This document shows, piece by piece, positions 27,301 to 42,300 of a DNA stretch of 64,000 bases. This DNA is from Octopus sinensis (lineage: Eukaryota), in contig NC_043017.1 of the NCBI RefSeq assembly GCF_006345805.1, forward strand, positions 23,808,001 through 23,872,000, read 5' to 3'. Position numbers and translations under genes: made by a program. Below the pieces are notes generated by a model. It was given only the letters and a program-made list of their open reading frames with translations, was not told the DNA's origin and made no database searches. Position 1 is the stretch's first letter. Every line of letters begins with the position of its first letter.

Positions 27301-30300
27301 AATGACAGCTGTCTGCTGAAAGTAGCCTGGGTGATGATACTCAATACAGAGCTCTAAACTCATCAGTAGCAGTCGTACATCACACTGCACACATAAGATA
27401 TTTATATAACTGGTTACTGCATAGTTTGCATCTAGGAAATTCCACTCTCAAAGTATTAGTGAATCTGATGCTGTAGGAGAAAACGTTTGTCTATGGTTTC
27501 ACATTCTGAGACTGAAAAAGGAAGCATACTATTGTACAGCGAATAAAATATTGTTTTAACTGTTGATTAAGAAGTGCTATTGTTGAAGATTAGCAAATTA
27601 TATGAAAATAATTTAAAAACACTTCTTATATATAAGATTTTCAGGAAAAAATATTTTAACACTTTAGCATTTAAACTGGTCACATCCAACCAAAATATTC
27701 TACCCGTTTCATGTTCACACTGTCCAGATCTAGCCTCTCACACCAACTTTATAATACCATACTAAAACTTAAGAGTTACCTCATCGAAATCTCAAAGCTA
27801 GAGGATAATGCATGATTAATTCTAAACAAAATGAACAAATAAGTATTACTTTTGACAGAATAATGTAAGAGCTAAAAGGTTAACATAATTTGGTCTGTAC
27901 TGCTATTGCAAACATTAAATATAAGTTGTACTATGATGACTTAACTAAAACAAACTGCATGAAGTCCTGTTAAAATTAATAAAACATATTTATAAGGAGT
28001 CTGAAGCTCATACTTTATTTGTGAAAAGCTGAAAAAAAAACATAAATAAACAACATTTTGGTTGCATGTAATTAATCATGATACTATAATCAACTTAAAG
28101 TTAATAAAAGATATGATTTGGTTATTTTCAAAACTCTAAAAGAATACTATTCTATAACATCAATTGGATAGTAAATTATAAATGATATACGTTTCCTGAT
28201 ATTGGGACTACTAACTAACAAAAAATACTCACCAACTATTCACTGTTTTTGGCTAGTTACAACAGTGAGCTCTAATTGCTATGTTATCTATTTCTAATTA
28301 GGGAGACAAACTCAGTGTGAGATATATTTGTAATAAGACACAATATCTGTTACAAAATATAAGCAATCAACCCATTTGCTAGTAAGGCTGATGTCCTGAG
28401 TAAAAATAGCTCTTATTAAAGACTGACTACACATACATTTACATATATGCATATAAATATATATAATAATATTAGGGAATAAATCCAAACTTATAGGGAA
28501 AAATTAGATTTAGGATTATATATATACATTTTCACACATGACAAACTCATAAGTACATATTATTCAATAACAAAATATTTCATCCTGTACCGTAAGAGAT
28601 AAAGAAGGTTGAGATAATTAAGGTTAAAACATATCAGGAACAATCATAAAATAATTTTTGGTTCACAATGAGCATAAAATTGTTGGATGACAACAAGCAT
28701 AAAATAAAATGAATGTCAGGTGACAATGAATATAAAATAAAAATGATTATTCAGTGACAATGACCATGTGATATTTGCACTGAGTGGAAAGTTAGTTTCT
28801 TAAAACTGTAAATTTGATTGATGATGGACTGGGTAGTCTTTGTACAGGGTGTTACAAAATGTGGGGGAAAAAAAAAGTTTGACAATCTAAAGAAGCTCTA
28901 TAAATAATTGGTATATTGTAATTGGAAATGATTGTAACAGTGGACAGCGCTTGAGTATTCAAATGAACATGCAAAGATTCCCAAGGACAATATTCACCAG
29001 ACAACATAGATAGGATACTTAGATTGACATAGGGTGATTAACTAGTGAGCTGGACACAAATATAAAAGGATATTGGAGATAAAATGCTGATATATTTTAC
29101 TAATTTTCATTTGAGTTGGAGTTTAATTTCAGAGAATGCCTCATTATGACTATAATGACGAACATAGATGATGAGGCTTGTTATGAACTTACGAAGCCAC
29201 TGGACTTGAACGAATTGACAAACTCATATAACTGGGTCCTAAAAACAGTCAATTCTAAATTTATATGAAATCCAGATCAGAGACTCAGTTTCTGAGAATT
29301 TAGTTGCACAATGACATTCAACATTGCTGCCAATATAACAATGAATGTTTTACACAGATATTATATAACAGACTTATAGCTGGAGGATGTACAGTTTGTG
29401 CTTTTTCATTATATATATATAATGATGAAATTAATTGTATACAGTGCTCAGGTGCACCACAATTATATATTAACAGAGGACCATTATATATCAACAATAA
29501 AAGTAAACATTTCTAGGTTAAAAAGAAAATGAAGTTGAGTACTTAGGTTACCTAGTTGGTTTTTATCATTCTGTAGCAGTGAATACACCAATGAGTAATA
29601 AACGATGAGAAATCTTAATGAAAAGGTTCTCATAAAAAAAGAAACTTAACAAAAAAATGAAGTGAAAAACAAAATAGAGATGAAGAAAAATAAAGGAATA
29701 AAAATAGAAACAAAATATTGTTTTAAATTTTAAAAATTAAAACATCACATGATCATGTAAATTAAATATCAAATTACAGCAAAAAAAAATCATGATTTTG
29801 GCAGTATTTTTTCTTTCTGTATTTGTTTTAAATACATCAATTATCTTGCCAGTGGTCTTTTTTTTTTTTTAGTTATATATATGTATATAATCAGCTGGGT
29901 GTTGGAATTAATGAGGAGAAATTCTAGCCATTGAACTATTTCAATAATGAAGACTGCTTTGATTTTGTGCTTTTCTAGCGGTGAGGAAGCTCTCTCCACA
30001 CTGACTGCCAGATTGTGCAAGCAATATTCCATGAGAAAGCTGACCTGGAAATTGTACTGGAAGATGAGAAGCTGGCATTATTTCTTGGTACTGGCATAGA
30101 AGTTCTTCTTTGTTGTTGTTTTTGAAGTTTTGGAAATGTGTTCCTGCCAAGATAAGCCATTTAAAGGTGACTTAAGGAACTTGGTAATATTTAAGTCAAG
30201 AATAACAACATTGATTATAATGAAAATCTAATCATATTTCTCGACCACTAAAGACAGACTGGTTGTGGTATTGTTGAAATGTAGAACATGATGCTACTCT

Positions 30301-33300
30301 CTCACATATCTCTTCAGATTTGACAAAAATTTGTAAAAGCAAACTCTGAAAAAGCTTTCCTTATATAATTATTTTTGTTTAAATTTAAAAGTGTTGCTGA
30401 TTTGCTACCCGTACATAGTCTACCTTGTTAGTTACTTGATCACAACTTGTCTTTATAATTATCATTATGGCTGGTTTTACATCCCTTTGTCCCTTTTCAA
30501 TGTTAGCACAAATTGATACATTGACTTTTTTGTAATATTTATTAGTTCTTATGAGGTAAAGACCATACAATCAAGGTACGCTAAACCCAAATCAATAAAC
30601 TAGTTTCAGTTAGTACTTAAAGTAAGTTCATTTTGTTTATATTGCCATACCTTTGAGAAAGGTATGACCATCACAATATCATTTCCTCTTTTTCTAAAGA
30701 ATATAAACCTCTGAGCTAATAAAATAAACATAAGTAAATTCTTCTGTGTGGAGGTACATGGCCTAGTGGCTAGAGCAGCGGACTCGCGGGTTCAAATCTC
30801 AGACTGGGCGATGTGTGTGCTTATGAGTGAAACACCTAAGCTACACATGGCTCCAGCAGAAGGTAATGGCGAACTTCTGCTGACTCTTTCGCACAACTTT
30901 CTCTCACTCTTTCCTCCTGCATCTCGCAGCTCACCTAGAACGGACCGGCATCCCATCCAGGTGGGGAACCTATACGCCAAGGAAACTGGGAAACCAGCCC
31001 TATGAGCCAGGCATGGCTCGAGAAGGAACAAAAAAAAAAAATTCTTCTGTAACACCTAATGTTATCAGATCCAATCACTCATTCTTTCACAAGTTTTCAA
31101 TTTCTCAATAACAAATTCCAGTATGTGGCTCACAGAAACATCTTTACTTTCAATTCTTCTAATCAGTCCATGTCCAACTCTTCTCTTTCCTGTTAGGAAA
31201 AGTTTCTCTCAATAGGAAAGAGCATAAAAATGGCCAAACATTGAAGACTAAACAGAATGTTTTATCTATTTTAGTATTAAATTTTTTGAGTGTTTGAAGA
31301 AAAAAAATGAAGCAGTTTGCAGCACATATTTTCTGGTCAAATAAATTGGTCTGTATAGAGTAGTGTATTTTTAATAAAATCCCAATGCAGTTATTTACAG
31401 AGGCAAAGACTGAACACGTGTTCAGTATAACATTACCTTTACAGACACTGTTTCAATATTTATATAATAAGGATGACCTAAGAAAAATGCCAAACATAGT
31501 AAAGTGTGTGTTAAAGTGTTTGGTGCAATGAACCAAGTTAGTTTAATTAATTCAAATTACACCCTAGGGATTAGAAGTAATCATTATCTTAATGGCTAAT
31601 TTGGTTAAAGAGAAAACCCAAAATACAAACCAATAAAATATATAATGAACTCAGGGGGGCTAATTAGATCTTTGGAAGTATAGTGACACTCCAGGCAGTG
31701 AACCAAGAAGTACTCTTTCAAGTATTATTACACTGTTCATATACAAAATTCTAATATCTGGTAAGGTGTTTAGGCTATGCTTTACTAATGAGGCCTAACA
31801 AGACAGAAATATGTCCAGAGTTGTCACAGCACTGCTAAAGATCACACTTACTTCCCACAGCATCCAACATTTAATTTTAATTCCAGAGTTGTCTCACTTG
31901 TTCTTCTTGACCAGAATCAATCATTAAGATAACTATAGTTTCTCATTAATAGCAGTGTAATTTGAATTAATTGAAATACCCTGCCTCATTACATCAAGTG
32001 TGTTAATGTCCACTCTATTTACACTCTGTTATAGCTTAAGAGTCAGACTATAGCAAAGCATTTATCCAGTTCTGCACTTAGCAGAGGTAGAGTATGAGTG
32101 AAGTCATGTTTGGATGCTATGAAAGAAAATAGGAAATAGAGAAGTACATCAGCAGGAATCAGAAAGCAATGGGTTTCCCAAATGACATGTCTCATGAAAA
32201 TAAATGACACTAAGAATTTATAAGGTTAAAATACACTAAACCAGGGGAATAAAAAAAAACTGTTTAGATTGGAGGTGTAACTGCATTTCTATAAATGTAC
32301 TTGCATGCAGCACTGACGAAGGAAAAAAATAATATAAATATGCTATTCATTGATTTAAGATGGATGAGTATATTACTAGCAGAGTATATTTTTTAAATAA
32401 TTCACTTAGAAGGAGGGACCTCCATAGAAACTAGTAAGGTTCTAATTAGAAACATAATTCAGGTGACAGAAAGAATGAAAAACATAAATCTTCCAGAAAT
32501 AATTAATACATTGAAAGCATCAGGGTGGGTAACGTTGTTACACTTAGTTATTTGCTACACTAATCATATATATATATATTATCAGTGTATATAAATATGA
32601 AAATCCTGGTGTGTTTCAGTAGCTTATTAGCAGAATCTTATTGAACGGTGTGTGTCAGTAGTAAGATATGTGAAGGAAAGCAGATACAATAAATAGGGTA
32701 AAAAATACTGAACATTAAAGCCAATAGATAATGATATTAAAAGTAAAAATCATAGTAATTATAGGATGAGGTTTGAATAGATTAGCAGTTCCTAAATGGT
32801 GTTTCAAAGAACACTGGTGTACTGTGGGATGTAGCTGTGTGCATTATGAAAACAATAAAATTATATTTATACAAAACTGTGCAAAAAAAAAAAAAAGAAA
32901 CTTTAGTTCTAAGTATATTCTAAAATCTTGAGAACTATACTTTGTTTACTCAATTAACAAGCACTTAATGACTTTTAAGTTCAAATTATTTATAAGTTTA
33001 TATGGGTTAAGATATATAAATACTACTTTTAAAAGAGTTTATAGTTTTATGCATAATGTGCACAAAATATTGAAATTTGCTCTAAAGTGCAGAGTAAGTA
33101 AAAAAAACAAAGTCTGGGAACCACTGAAATAAGTATTCATAGACCTGCAAAAGATGTGTTCCTTTTACTGTATGGTTAACCATTTTACAGCAGAAATCTG
33201 ATATATCCATTCAAAATTTCATTACCCTTAACTGCAGAAAGCAGTTTTATATACCAGTCTATCTTTTGTTGATGAACCAATTATTTTAATCAATTCAATG

Positions 33301-36300
33301 TCATGTTTAAACCATTTTTTTTTTTTTGAAATATATGAAAATCATTGAGGCAATGTGACTGGCAGAAAATACCAATTTCATTTTTTGGTAAATACAACAT
33401 CATTACTGGATTAACCATGACATTTAATTTCGCAGTCAAAAGGTTAATAACTTCAGAAGTTTTAGCAATAATCAGTCATGAGTTAGACTGATTAATTTCA
33501 TTAATGAAGGCTACCAGTTCTTATAAACCTGGGCAATAAGATATGTGATGATAAATGAAAATGTGATATGATATATTGAGTACACAATAGAGATTGTTTC
33601 TCCTTCAGATATATATTATTTCTGTCAATGAGAAATATTAATAAACAGTTTGTTTGTTACATAGATGGCATTGGAAAGTGTATTTGTCTGTAAAAAGCAA
33701 TAAAGTATCTCTGTTGTAAAATAACAAGGAAGATTGCTTACAGCAGCAAGATAGTAATAAAAACAATTACAAAAATTTGTCCAAATACAATTGAATAAAA
33801 ATAAGATAATTTAAAGAAGAATAAAGCAAGTTTTGCCTCACATGTACTAAAGACAATATCCACACAGATATCTGCATCAACCCATAGTATAAATTTCAAT
33901 ACATAATTACCTAAACAAACACGCACACACATGTATACATATATTCTGATATCATTAATTGAAGGACTTTTTGCGAAGTTTACTAGGAAATTTCAACATC
34001 TATTCCTGTGCACGACAGTATCTGAATCGTTAAGTATCTATAACATTGAAACATAGACAAACTGATTGAGTCTGCTCCCTACATTATGATCTACAGGAAC
34101 TATAACAGAGTAATCACTACTATCAAGCTAAATGTAAGTGCATAACCTGTTGGAGCTGGGTTTCATTTGAGGTGGGCTGGATGTGTCAAGGAAGACATTA
34201 CATTGTTACTCTGGACAGAACTTGCTTATACATATACAACTGTACCTTTTCCGTAGCCATCTTCGAATTAAGTTGTTTCTTCCAAAATTATCAATATCAC
34301 TGCATTGAGGAAAAAAAAGAATATCAGATGAAACTGGTGAAAAAGACTGCGGCTATATCTTGATTTCTATGGTTCAGTGACAGTAACAGCTTTTCATTTC
34401 TTACAATGAAATTTTGGAATGACATACTGGTGATACTAAAAAGGACTATTCTAAGCATCATAATAAGGTAGACTTTAATACTGTTTTATAAAATACAACC
34501 ATCTGCCAACAAAAGTAGACAACGTTCATGTAAAATGTTCAACAGATAAGATATTGATCTACCAGCACAAGGAGGCAATTTGTTGTGTCTATAAGTAGTG
34601 TTTCATTTCATCTAGCTTTCGGTGACCACCAAGTCTTGAAATGTTACCTATAATAACTCCTGTGATATAAAGAGAAAAACAGTTTTAATTAGCTTGATTT
34701 TTATAAAATAAGGACCAAAATGCTGACCTAGTCATCTCTGTGATTGTTTGAGAGCCTTATTTTGTACCCGATGTCATCATATGCCACATACCTTCTATGG
34801 TTTGTGGTGTGCTTTAAGTACATTACCAGTAGCACTAGGACTCCACATTAAACTCCAATTTGCTAATATTGCACATTTATAATAATAATAATGAAATTAT
34901 TGTATACAGTGCTCAGGTGCACCACAACTTGTCAGAAAGTGCATATAAAGTACATGCAGTAATGTAGAAATGTCTGGAAAGCGAACAGTGTATGAGTCAG
35001 ATACATGCTTGTGTGAGTATGGAGGGGAGAAAATCAAGTGTAGTGTTGGCGAATCTCAGGTAGCATGGAAGTTTTGAAGGATGCAGTGCTCCGACAACTA
35101 ACCACTGATGCCGGCAGTTTGTGCCATGCTTCAGCAACTCTCAGCATGAAAAAATGTTTCCTGAAGTCATGGGAGCTGTGCTGTTTTCTTACTTTGTAAA
35201 TATGTCCACGGGTGTTAGATAGGTGGAGTTTGAAGAGGTGCTCAGAGTTATTGTTTGTGCGATGGTTGATAATTTTATGGGTGTCTGCCAAGTCAGCTGC
35301 CAGACGTCGGAGTTTCAATGTGTCCATGCCCAGGGAAGTAAGGCGTTCAGGATATGGCAAATGCCTGATGGAGGGTATTCTTTTGGTTGCACGTCGCTGA
35401 ACAGCTTCCAGACGATTGATGTCCTGGGCAAGATAGGGATTCCAGACCGGTGATGCAAATTCCAGGTGAGGTCTTACCATAGCTATATAAAGCCGCAGAT
35501 AGATAGCCGGAGAGCGGCTCACAAAGGATTTGGTGAGTGATACCAAGACATCCTCAGCCTTCTTGACAATTTTAGCGATGTGTTTTGTCCAACGCAAATC
35601 ACTGTCGACAATAACACCCAGGTCACGTTCACTTGACCAAGTATAATGTAGCATATATTTGGGGATAAGCTAAACTGTAGGGACAGAGCCAAATAAAATT
35701 GAGAGAATAACAAAGATCAAATTTCAAAACCATCTTTGTATACTCATTTCAATAATTTTATGCAATTCTAAAATTATTTCATCAGCCAAAGTTCATCAAA
35801 ATATTTTCTTCTGTACATATTTCAAATAAATTTTCCTGATGGAATAATGCTATGATTATAATATAATTATTGAAACGAGTGTACAAATGAAGGTTTCAAA
35901 ATATCAAAACTTTGTTTTTTGTTATATCAATGATATGTTTTGTTTGTGAAATGTAAATGTTACCATGTAAATATGCCCAACTCAGAGTATGTATAAACTT
36001 TAGTTCCTGCAACAAATTTCTTGTTTATGTAATTCTGATGAGTTTGATTTGGCACATGTCATTTCAAAGGCACCTGGAGAATAATCCATAGTTGCATATA
36101 TTATTGTATAATATAGCAAGATTGATAAAATCAAATTCAGATGAAACAATTGTAAATTGATGCATTAAAAAGACCTGCTCACTGAATTCTTTTTGGTTGT
36201 AATTGTAAAAACTCAATGGATATTTGTGGATTTTTTAGACAAGTGTTTGAGAAAATGGTCTCCTGATAGCCAATACCCATGGATGAGCTTAATAGGGTAA

Positions 36301-39300
36301 ACTCTTGGATTAATACTCAAATGAAATTATTATTATAGACCTAGATAGTGTGCATATATATATATATATATATATCATCGTCGTCGTTTAACGTCCGCTT
36401 TCCATGCTAGCATGGGTTGAACAGTTTGACTGTGGGCTGGTGAACCAGATGGCTGCACCAAGCTCCAGTCCTGATCTGGCAGAGATTCTATAGCTGGATA
36501 CCCTTCCTAACGTCAACCACTCCGAGAGTGTAGTGGGTGCTTTTACGTGCCAGTAAGGCGATGCTGGTAACAATCCTGCTTGAATGGTGCCTCTAACATG
36601 CCACCAGCACGGAAGCCAGTTAGCCGCTCTGGCAATGATCACGCTCAGATGGTGTTCTTAGCACCCTACTAGCCGCTCTGGCAATGGTCACGCTCAGATG
36701 GTGCTCTTAGCACCCTACTAGCATGGGGCACAAGTGCCAGTAAGGCAGGGCTGGCAACAATTGTGCTCGTATTGTGCTCGTATGGTGCCCGCCATCGAAT
36801 TTCACTTTGATTTTGATTTCGGTTTTGATTTCACTTGCCTCAATAGGTCTTTGCAAGCAGAGATTAGTGTTCAAAGAAGGAAACAGTACGCACAAGTGGG
36901 CTGGTTACACCCCTGGCACAAGCAAACGAGGTTACGGTCTCACTTGGCTTGCCGGGTCCTCTCAAGCACGTAAATTTGTTGTTCTGTTGAAATTTTCTTC
37001 CCTTTTGTTTCCTTTTAAGGTTTGTAGTTGAGTGACTCATCTTTCTATTAACTCTCATCCTTTCACTGTTGCAGTCCTCACATGTAAGTAGAGTTTCTAT
37101 TCTCATAGATACTTTCCTCAAACATCTTATGGAACTCTCTTCTTGTTTCCAAGGTAAATATGATTTTCTTAAGTCTTTTAAATCTCGCATGGACTGTGTT
37201 ACGATCCTTAGGGTAGCTTTCCATTAGATATTTTTCTTTCCTTTTGTATCTCCTAAATTACTGAGTGACTGTTTGAAACCTCTTTTATTGTTAGTTGGTT
37301 GTTGCCTTTTGGAAGGAACTTCCAGTTAAAAAAAAAAGGTAAATTTCTTTAAAGGACAGGAATGTATTCTTTGCGGCATGGAAGGTGTTTGTAAGCCATT
37401 TAGGAAACACACAAAAGCCGTTCGATTCACTTCAACATTTAAGTTTAATTTGTCAAAATATTTTCGTCGCTTTAAGATGGCGACCTGTTCACTGACAAAA
37501 ATCCGTGCTAGGTCGTGGTCTTAAAGCAACGAAAGTATTTTGACAAATTAAAAAACTTAAATGTTGAAGTGAATCCAACGGCTTTTGTGTGTTTCCTAAA
37601 TGGCTTACAAACACCTTCCACGCTGCTATTGTTTTTGTTTCAGCACACGATCTCAGATCAAATCACTTGCTATGCAGGTACATCTCCGTAAATGTATTCT
37701 TTCTTTTTTTTTATTCCATCTGGCCACTCCTAAGCTTCTCATAAATGAGGATGCTAAGATTTTCCGTTTTTGTCTTGACTGATACAAGCATTAAATACTG
37801 TCATAGATGCTGAGTCTTTATTGTTGAGAAAGAAGTGTGATACAACACATGCTTGTGTTTGACAAGCTTTAAACAGCTTTCTGGCTGTCTCTGCTTTGAA
37901 TTTACAATATTATTATTATTAATTATTTTTAAGGCAGCAAGCTGGCAAAATCGTTAGCACACCAGGCAAGATGCTTAGTGGAATTCCATCCATCTTTACA
38001 TTCTGAGTTCAAATTCTGCCGAGGTCTACTTTGCTTTTTGTCCTTTAAGGGTCAATAAATTAAGTACCAGTTGTACAACGGATCAATGTAATTGGCTTAC
38101 CCTCTCCTCTGAAATTGTTGCCCTTGTGGCAAAATTTGAAACTGCTATTATTATTAATTTTCCAATACTGAAAATAGTACCAAGCTTGTTTACTTTAGGT
38201 ACAATCACTGCTGATATCATGAAAACATTATTGTACCACAAAAAAAGAAAAAAAAAAGAAAATATCTAGAACCATTCAAATGTCGGGCCTCAACATCGCT
38301 GAGTAAGTACTCCTGGCAAACTCACATTCTCAACATAACAGTGACTACACCATAAAAGACTAGCTTCCTCTTCAGAGCCAGAAAATACTTCAGCCCATAA
38401 TAACAACCCCTCTATAAAGCACAGGTGAGATCTACAATGGTGTACTGCTCTCACACCTAGGATGGTGCATCTGAGGATGTTGCTACACACAATGACATCT
38501 AAGAGTACATCCAAAGGAAAAGCACTTAGCTGATTGGTATGAAGTCATTCACCAACACTCCAACTTCTGACCCACACATAAAACTATATACCATTGCCTC
38601 ACTCTGCCTTTTTCTATCATACTACAATAGCCTCTGTTCCTCAGACCTGGCTAGTTTTATATGTCCACTCAGACACTCTTAACATGCTCATCTCCTCTCC
38701 TTACATTATCCCTTTAGTGTCGTCCACCTGTAGCCCTGCACAAATCATTACAGCCACTTTGTCCTTCCCAATATGTCTGGAACATCCTCCCTGCAGGTAT
38801 TTCTACAGCTGTTGTAGACTTGTAATAGCTCTAGAGTAATGTTAATGGTATCAATCTCATGTGTTTCTGGGGACTTCAGAAGACCATAGGTACTTCAAAA
38901 GGCCCCTTGCATTAGACTAGTAAAAAAAATCATATTTAGCTTTGAAATGATTGTTCAATCAGCTATAGATAATTTGAAAATATCCTGAAAATATTTTGAA
39001 GTTGTACTTGTCCAGCAAGTGACATAATCCAAGATGATGTGTTGAAACTGAAATAATTACATGGTAGAAGAGTCATTCTAGTCATTTATTAATGCACAAA
39101 ATTGTTAAATTCACTTGAAATACATTTCATGAGGTGTCAACATTTTTGTTACACAACTGCAACCTTCTTTACTGATACAGTTTCACTGCAACTGTTTCAA
39201 AATTTGTTAACAGTCAGTTCTTATAGGCCTTCAGTTTTCTTTCATGTTCCTTTCTTTTTCTTACATATCCCTAAGAGAAATTTTCTTTTCGTCTGTTTGT

Positions 39301-42300
39301 CTTTTTTGTATTCCTGTAGATTACCTTCATGATATTTGTCATCAGTCAATCATCGTTAATTGTTTTCAGTTTCCATTTTCCTTATATAATTATGTGCTTT
39401 TACAATTGCATGCTTGTACTATTAGATGCTTATAATCTGAAAATAACGCTGATAAAGCATTATTTTCAGATTTTTTCCTCTGTTCTTTTCCATTTTTTCC
39501 TCTGTTCTTTGTAATAACACATGTAAAATATATTTAATCTATTTTAATCTAATTATTTTCTAAGATTTAAGCCACAACAGTGAAAAGTTCTGCTGTACCT
39601 TACATTTTATATGTAGCAACAGAAAGCGGATGGCAAAAATAATAATAAAAAAGAGTAAGTAAGAAAGTAGAGGAAGAAACTAGGGGAATGATAACAATAT
39701 ATATGATATTGTAAACAAAGCAAGGAAAACTGAAAATGACTAATGATGTCTAATGACTGACGTCAGAAGATGAAAGTCAATCTGCATAGCTCTAAGCTCA
39801 ACAAAAATGTGAAGAGGAAAAAGAAGAGAAAGGAAAAACAACCCAATGTCTTTCAGAACTGGTTATTAACAAACTTTCAAACAGTTGCAGTGAAATTATT
39901 TCGGTGACCAGGTCACAGCTTAGTGATGTAAATTTTGATATCTCATAAAATATATTTAAAGTGAATTTAACATTTTTGCATGTTAATAAATGGCTAGAAA
40001 GGGTCTTCCATCATATAGTTATTCAGAAAATATTTTTTCAGGAAAGGTTTTTTTATTTTAAACAACTGAGTTTAAAATAGGCAAAAATTCTTGTAGGACA
40101 ACCTGGAGAGGAAAAGAAACCTAATTGAATTAAATCAAAAATTAGAAAGCAGCAACAGCAAATGTTTCTTCTTTGGATGAGAAACTTCAGATCCATGTGG
40201 CAGTGAAAATCCAGAAACCAGTAGCAGCCATGGTTTTTACTACTTTTTTTTTCTAAGAAAAATCAAAACTGAAATGCAGAAAAGTGTTCGCCAAGAATTC
40301 ATCTCCATTCCATGGTGCCTGTCAAATCAACAACAACAACAACAACAACAATAATAATCCTTTCTACTAAATGCACAAGGCCTGAAATTTTGGGGGATAA
40401 GCCAGTCGATTAGATCAACCCCAGTATGTAGCTGGTACTTAATTAATTGACCCTGAAAGGATGAAAGGCAAAGTCGACCTTGGCGGATATTGAACTCAGA
40501 ACGTAGCGGCAGACGAAATACTACTAAGCATTTTGCCCAGTGTGCTAACAATCCTGCCAGCTCACCGCCTTAACAATAAGAATAATAATAATGATAATGA
40601 GGGTGATGATGACAATGTTGAAAATTCTTTTTATCTCAAAACTATGTTGTACATTAAATGATGCCAGTATAATAAAGGTATACACTTTATTGACAACGGA
40701 GAGATGAAAGGTAAAGATAACCAAACAATAATTCTGACTTCTCACATATGCAGAATACCACTTTTTTTAAAAAAAAGAAGGCAGTTGTTATAATTAACCT
40801 GAGTACTGGGTTGTTTCTTATTTTATCAACACTGCAAAGAATAAATAGTAAAAACTGACCTTGGTGAGATTTAAATCCAGAACATGAAAAGACACAAGGC
40901 ATTCTGCCATTCGGCCTCAGAGTCAATCTAGCTAAAACCAAAGTCGTAATCAGTAGGAAGGTAGACAAATCACAAACACCTTCAGGTAGATGGCCCTGCT
41001 CGATCTGTAGAAAAGGTGTAGGTAGAAACTCTATAAGATGCACCAAGTGAAGCTATGGACACATAAGAGATGCAGCAATGTCAAAGGAAGGCTAACTAGG
41101 AAGATGGTTTTTGTATGTGGCAGATGCTCAGGAACAATAAACACTGAAAATGCTCTGAGACCAATTCCGTCACTTCCAGGGAGAAAAACTAGAAATAGTT
41201 GATAGTTTCCGTTACCTAGGTGACCAAGTCAGCAGCAGGGGTGGGTGTGCTGAAAGTGTAACTGCTAGAGTAAGAATAGCTTGGGCAAGTTCAGAGAGCT
41301 CTTACCTCTGCTGGTGACAAAAGGCCTCTGCACAGAGTGAAAGGCAGACTGTATGATGCGTGTTGTACGAACAGCCATGCTACATGGCAGTGAAACATGG
41401 GCCGTGACTGCTGAGGATATCGTAAGCTCGCTAGAAATGAAGCCAGTATGCTCGATGGATGTGTAAGGCCGGTACTCACACTCGGCAGAGTGTAAGTACC
41501 TTGAGAGAAAAGCTGGACCTAAGAAGCATCAGTTGGGTATGCAAGAGACGTTTGCGCTGGTATGGTCATGTGGCGAGAATGGATGAAGATAGTTGTGTGA
41601 AAAAGTGCCACACCCTAGCGGTTGAGGGAACCTGTGGAAGAGGCAGACCCAGGAAAACCTGGGACGGGTGGTGAAGCACGACCTTCGAACTTTAGGTCTC
41701 ACTGAGGAAATGACTAGGACCGAGACCTCTGGAAGTGTGCTGTGCGCGAGAAGACCCGGCAGGACAGTGAGTCCACAACCCGTGCTTCTAATGGGATGGA
41801 GCCAGCCTACGTATGCATACCTTCCCTTCTTGGGACAAAAACTCTACTTGTGAAGAGTGTTGAGGCAAGTGAGGATCAGAATCGAAATCGATCAATGGAA
41901 ATTGCGGATGTGCTACCAGTGCCGGTGGCATGTCGAAACTCTGCTTGTGAAGACCCATTGAGGCAAGTGAGGATCAGAATCGAAATCGATCAATGGAAAC
42001 TGCAGATGTGTTACCAGTGCCGGTGGCATGTAAGAGAACTTTCCGTTTCGCGACCGTTGCCAGCACCGCCCCGTTTCGTGTCCGTTGCCAGCCTCGCCTG
42101 GCCCTCGTGCGGTGGCACATAAAAAGACATCCGTTTGTGGCCGTTGCCAGCTCTGTCTGGCACCAGTGCGGGTTGGCACGTAAAAGCACCCACTACACTC
42201 ACGGAGTGGTTGGCGTTAGGAAGGGCATCCAGCCGTAGAAACACTGCCAGATTGACTGGGCCTGATGAAGCCTCTGGCTTCACAGACCCCAGTAGAACCG

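Noticed and set aside
34560-34660. Possible extra exon in the long intron (good acceptor near 34660)
   Set aside because: Stops in all frames, including the required phase-2 frame.
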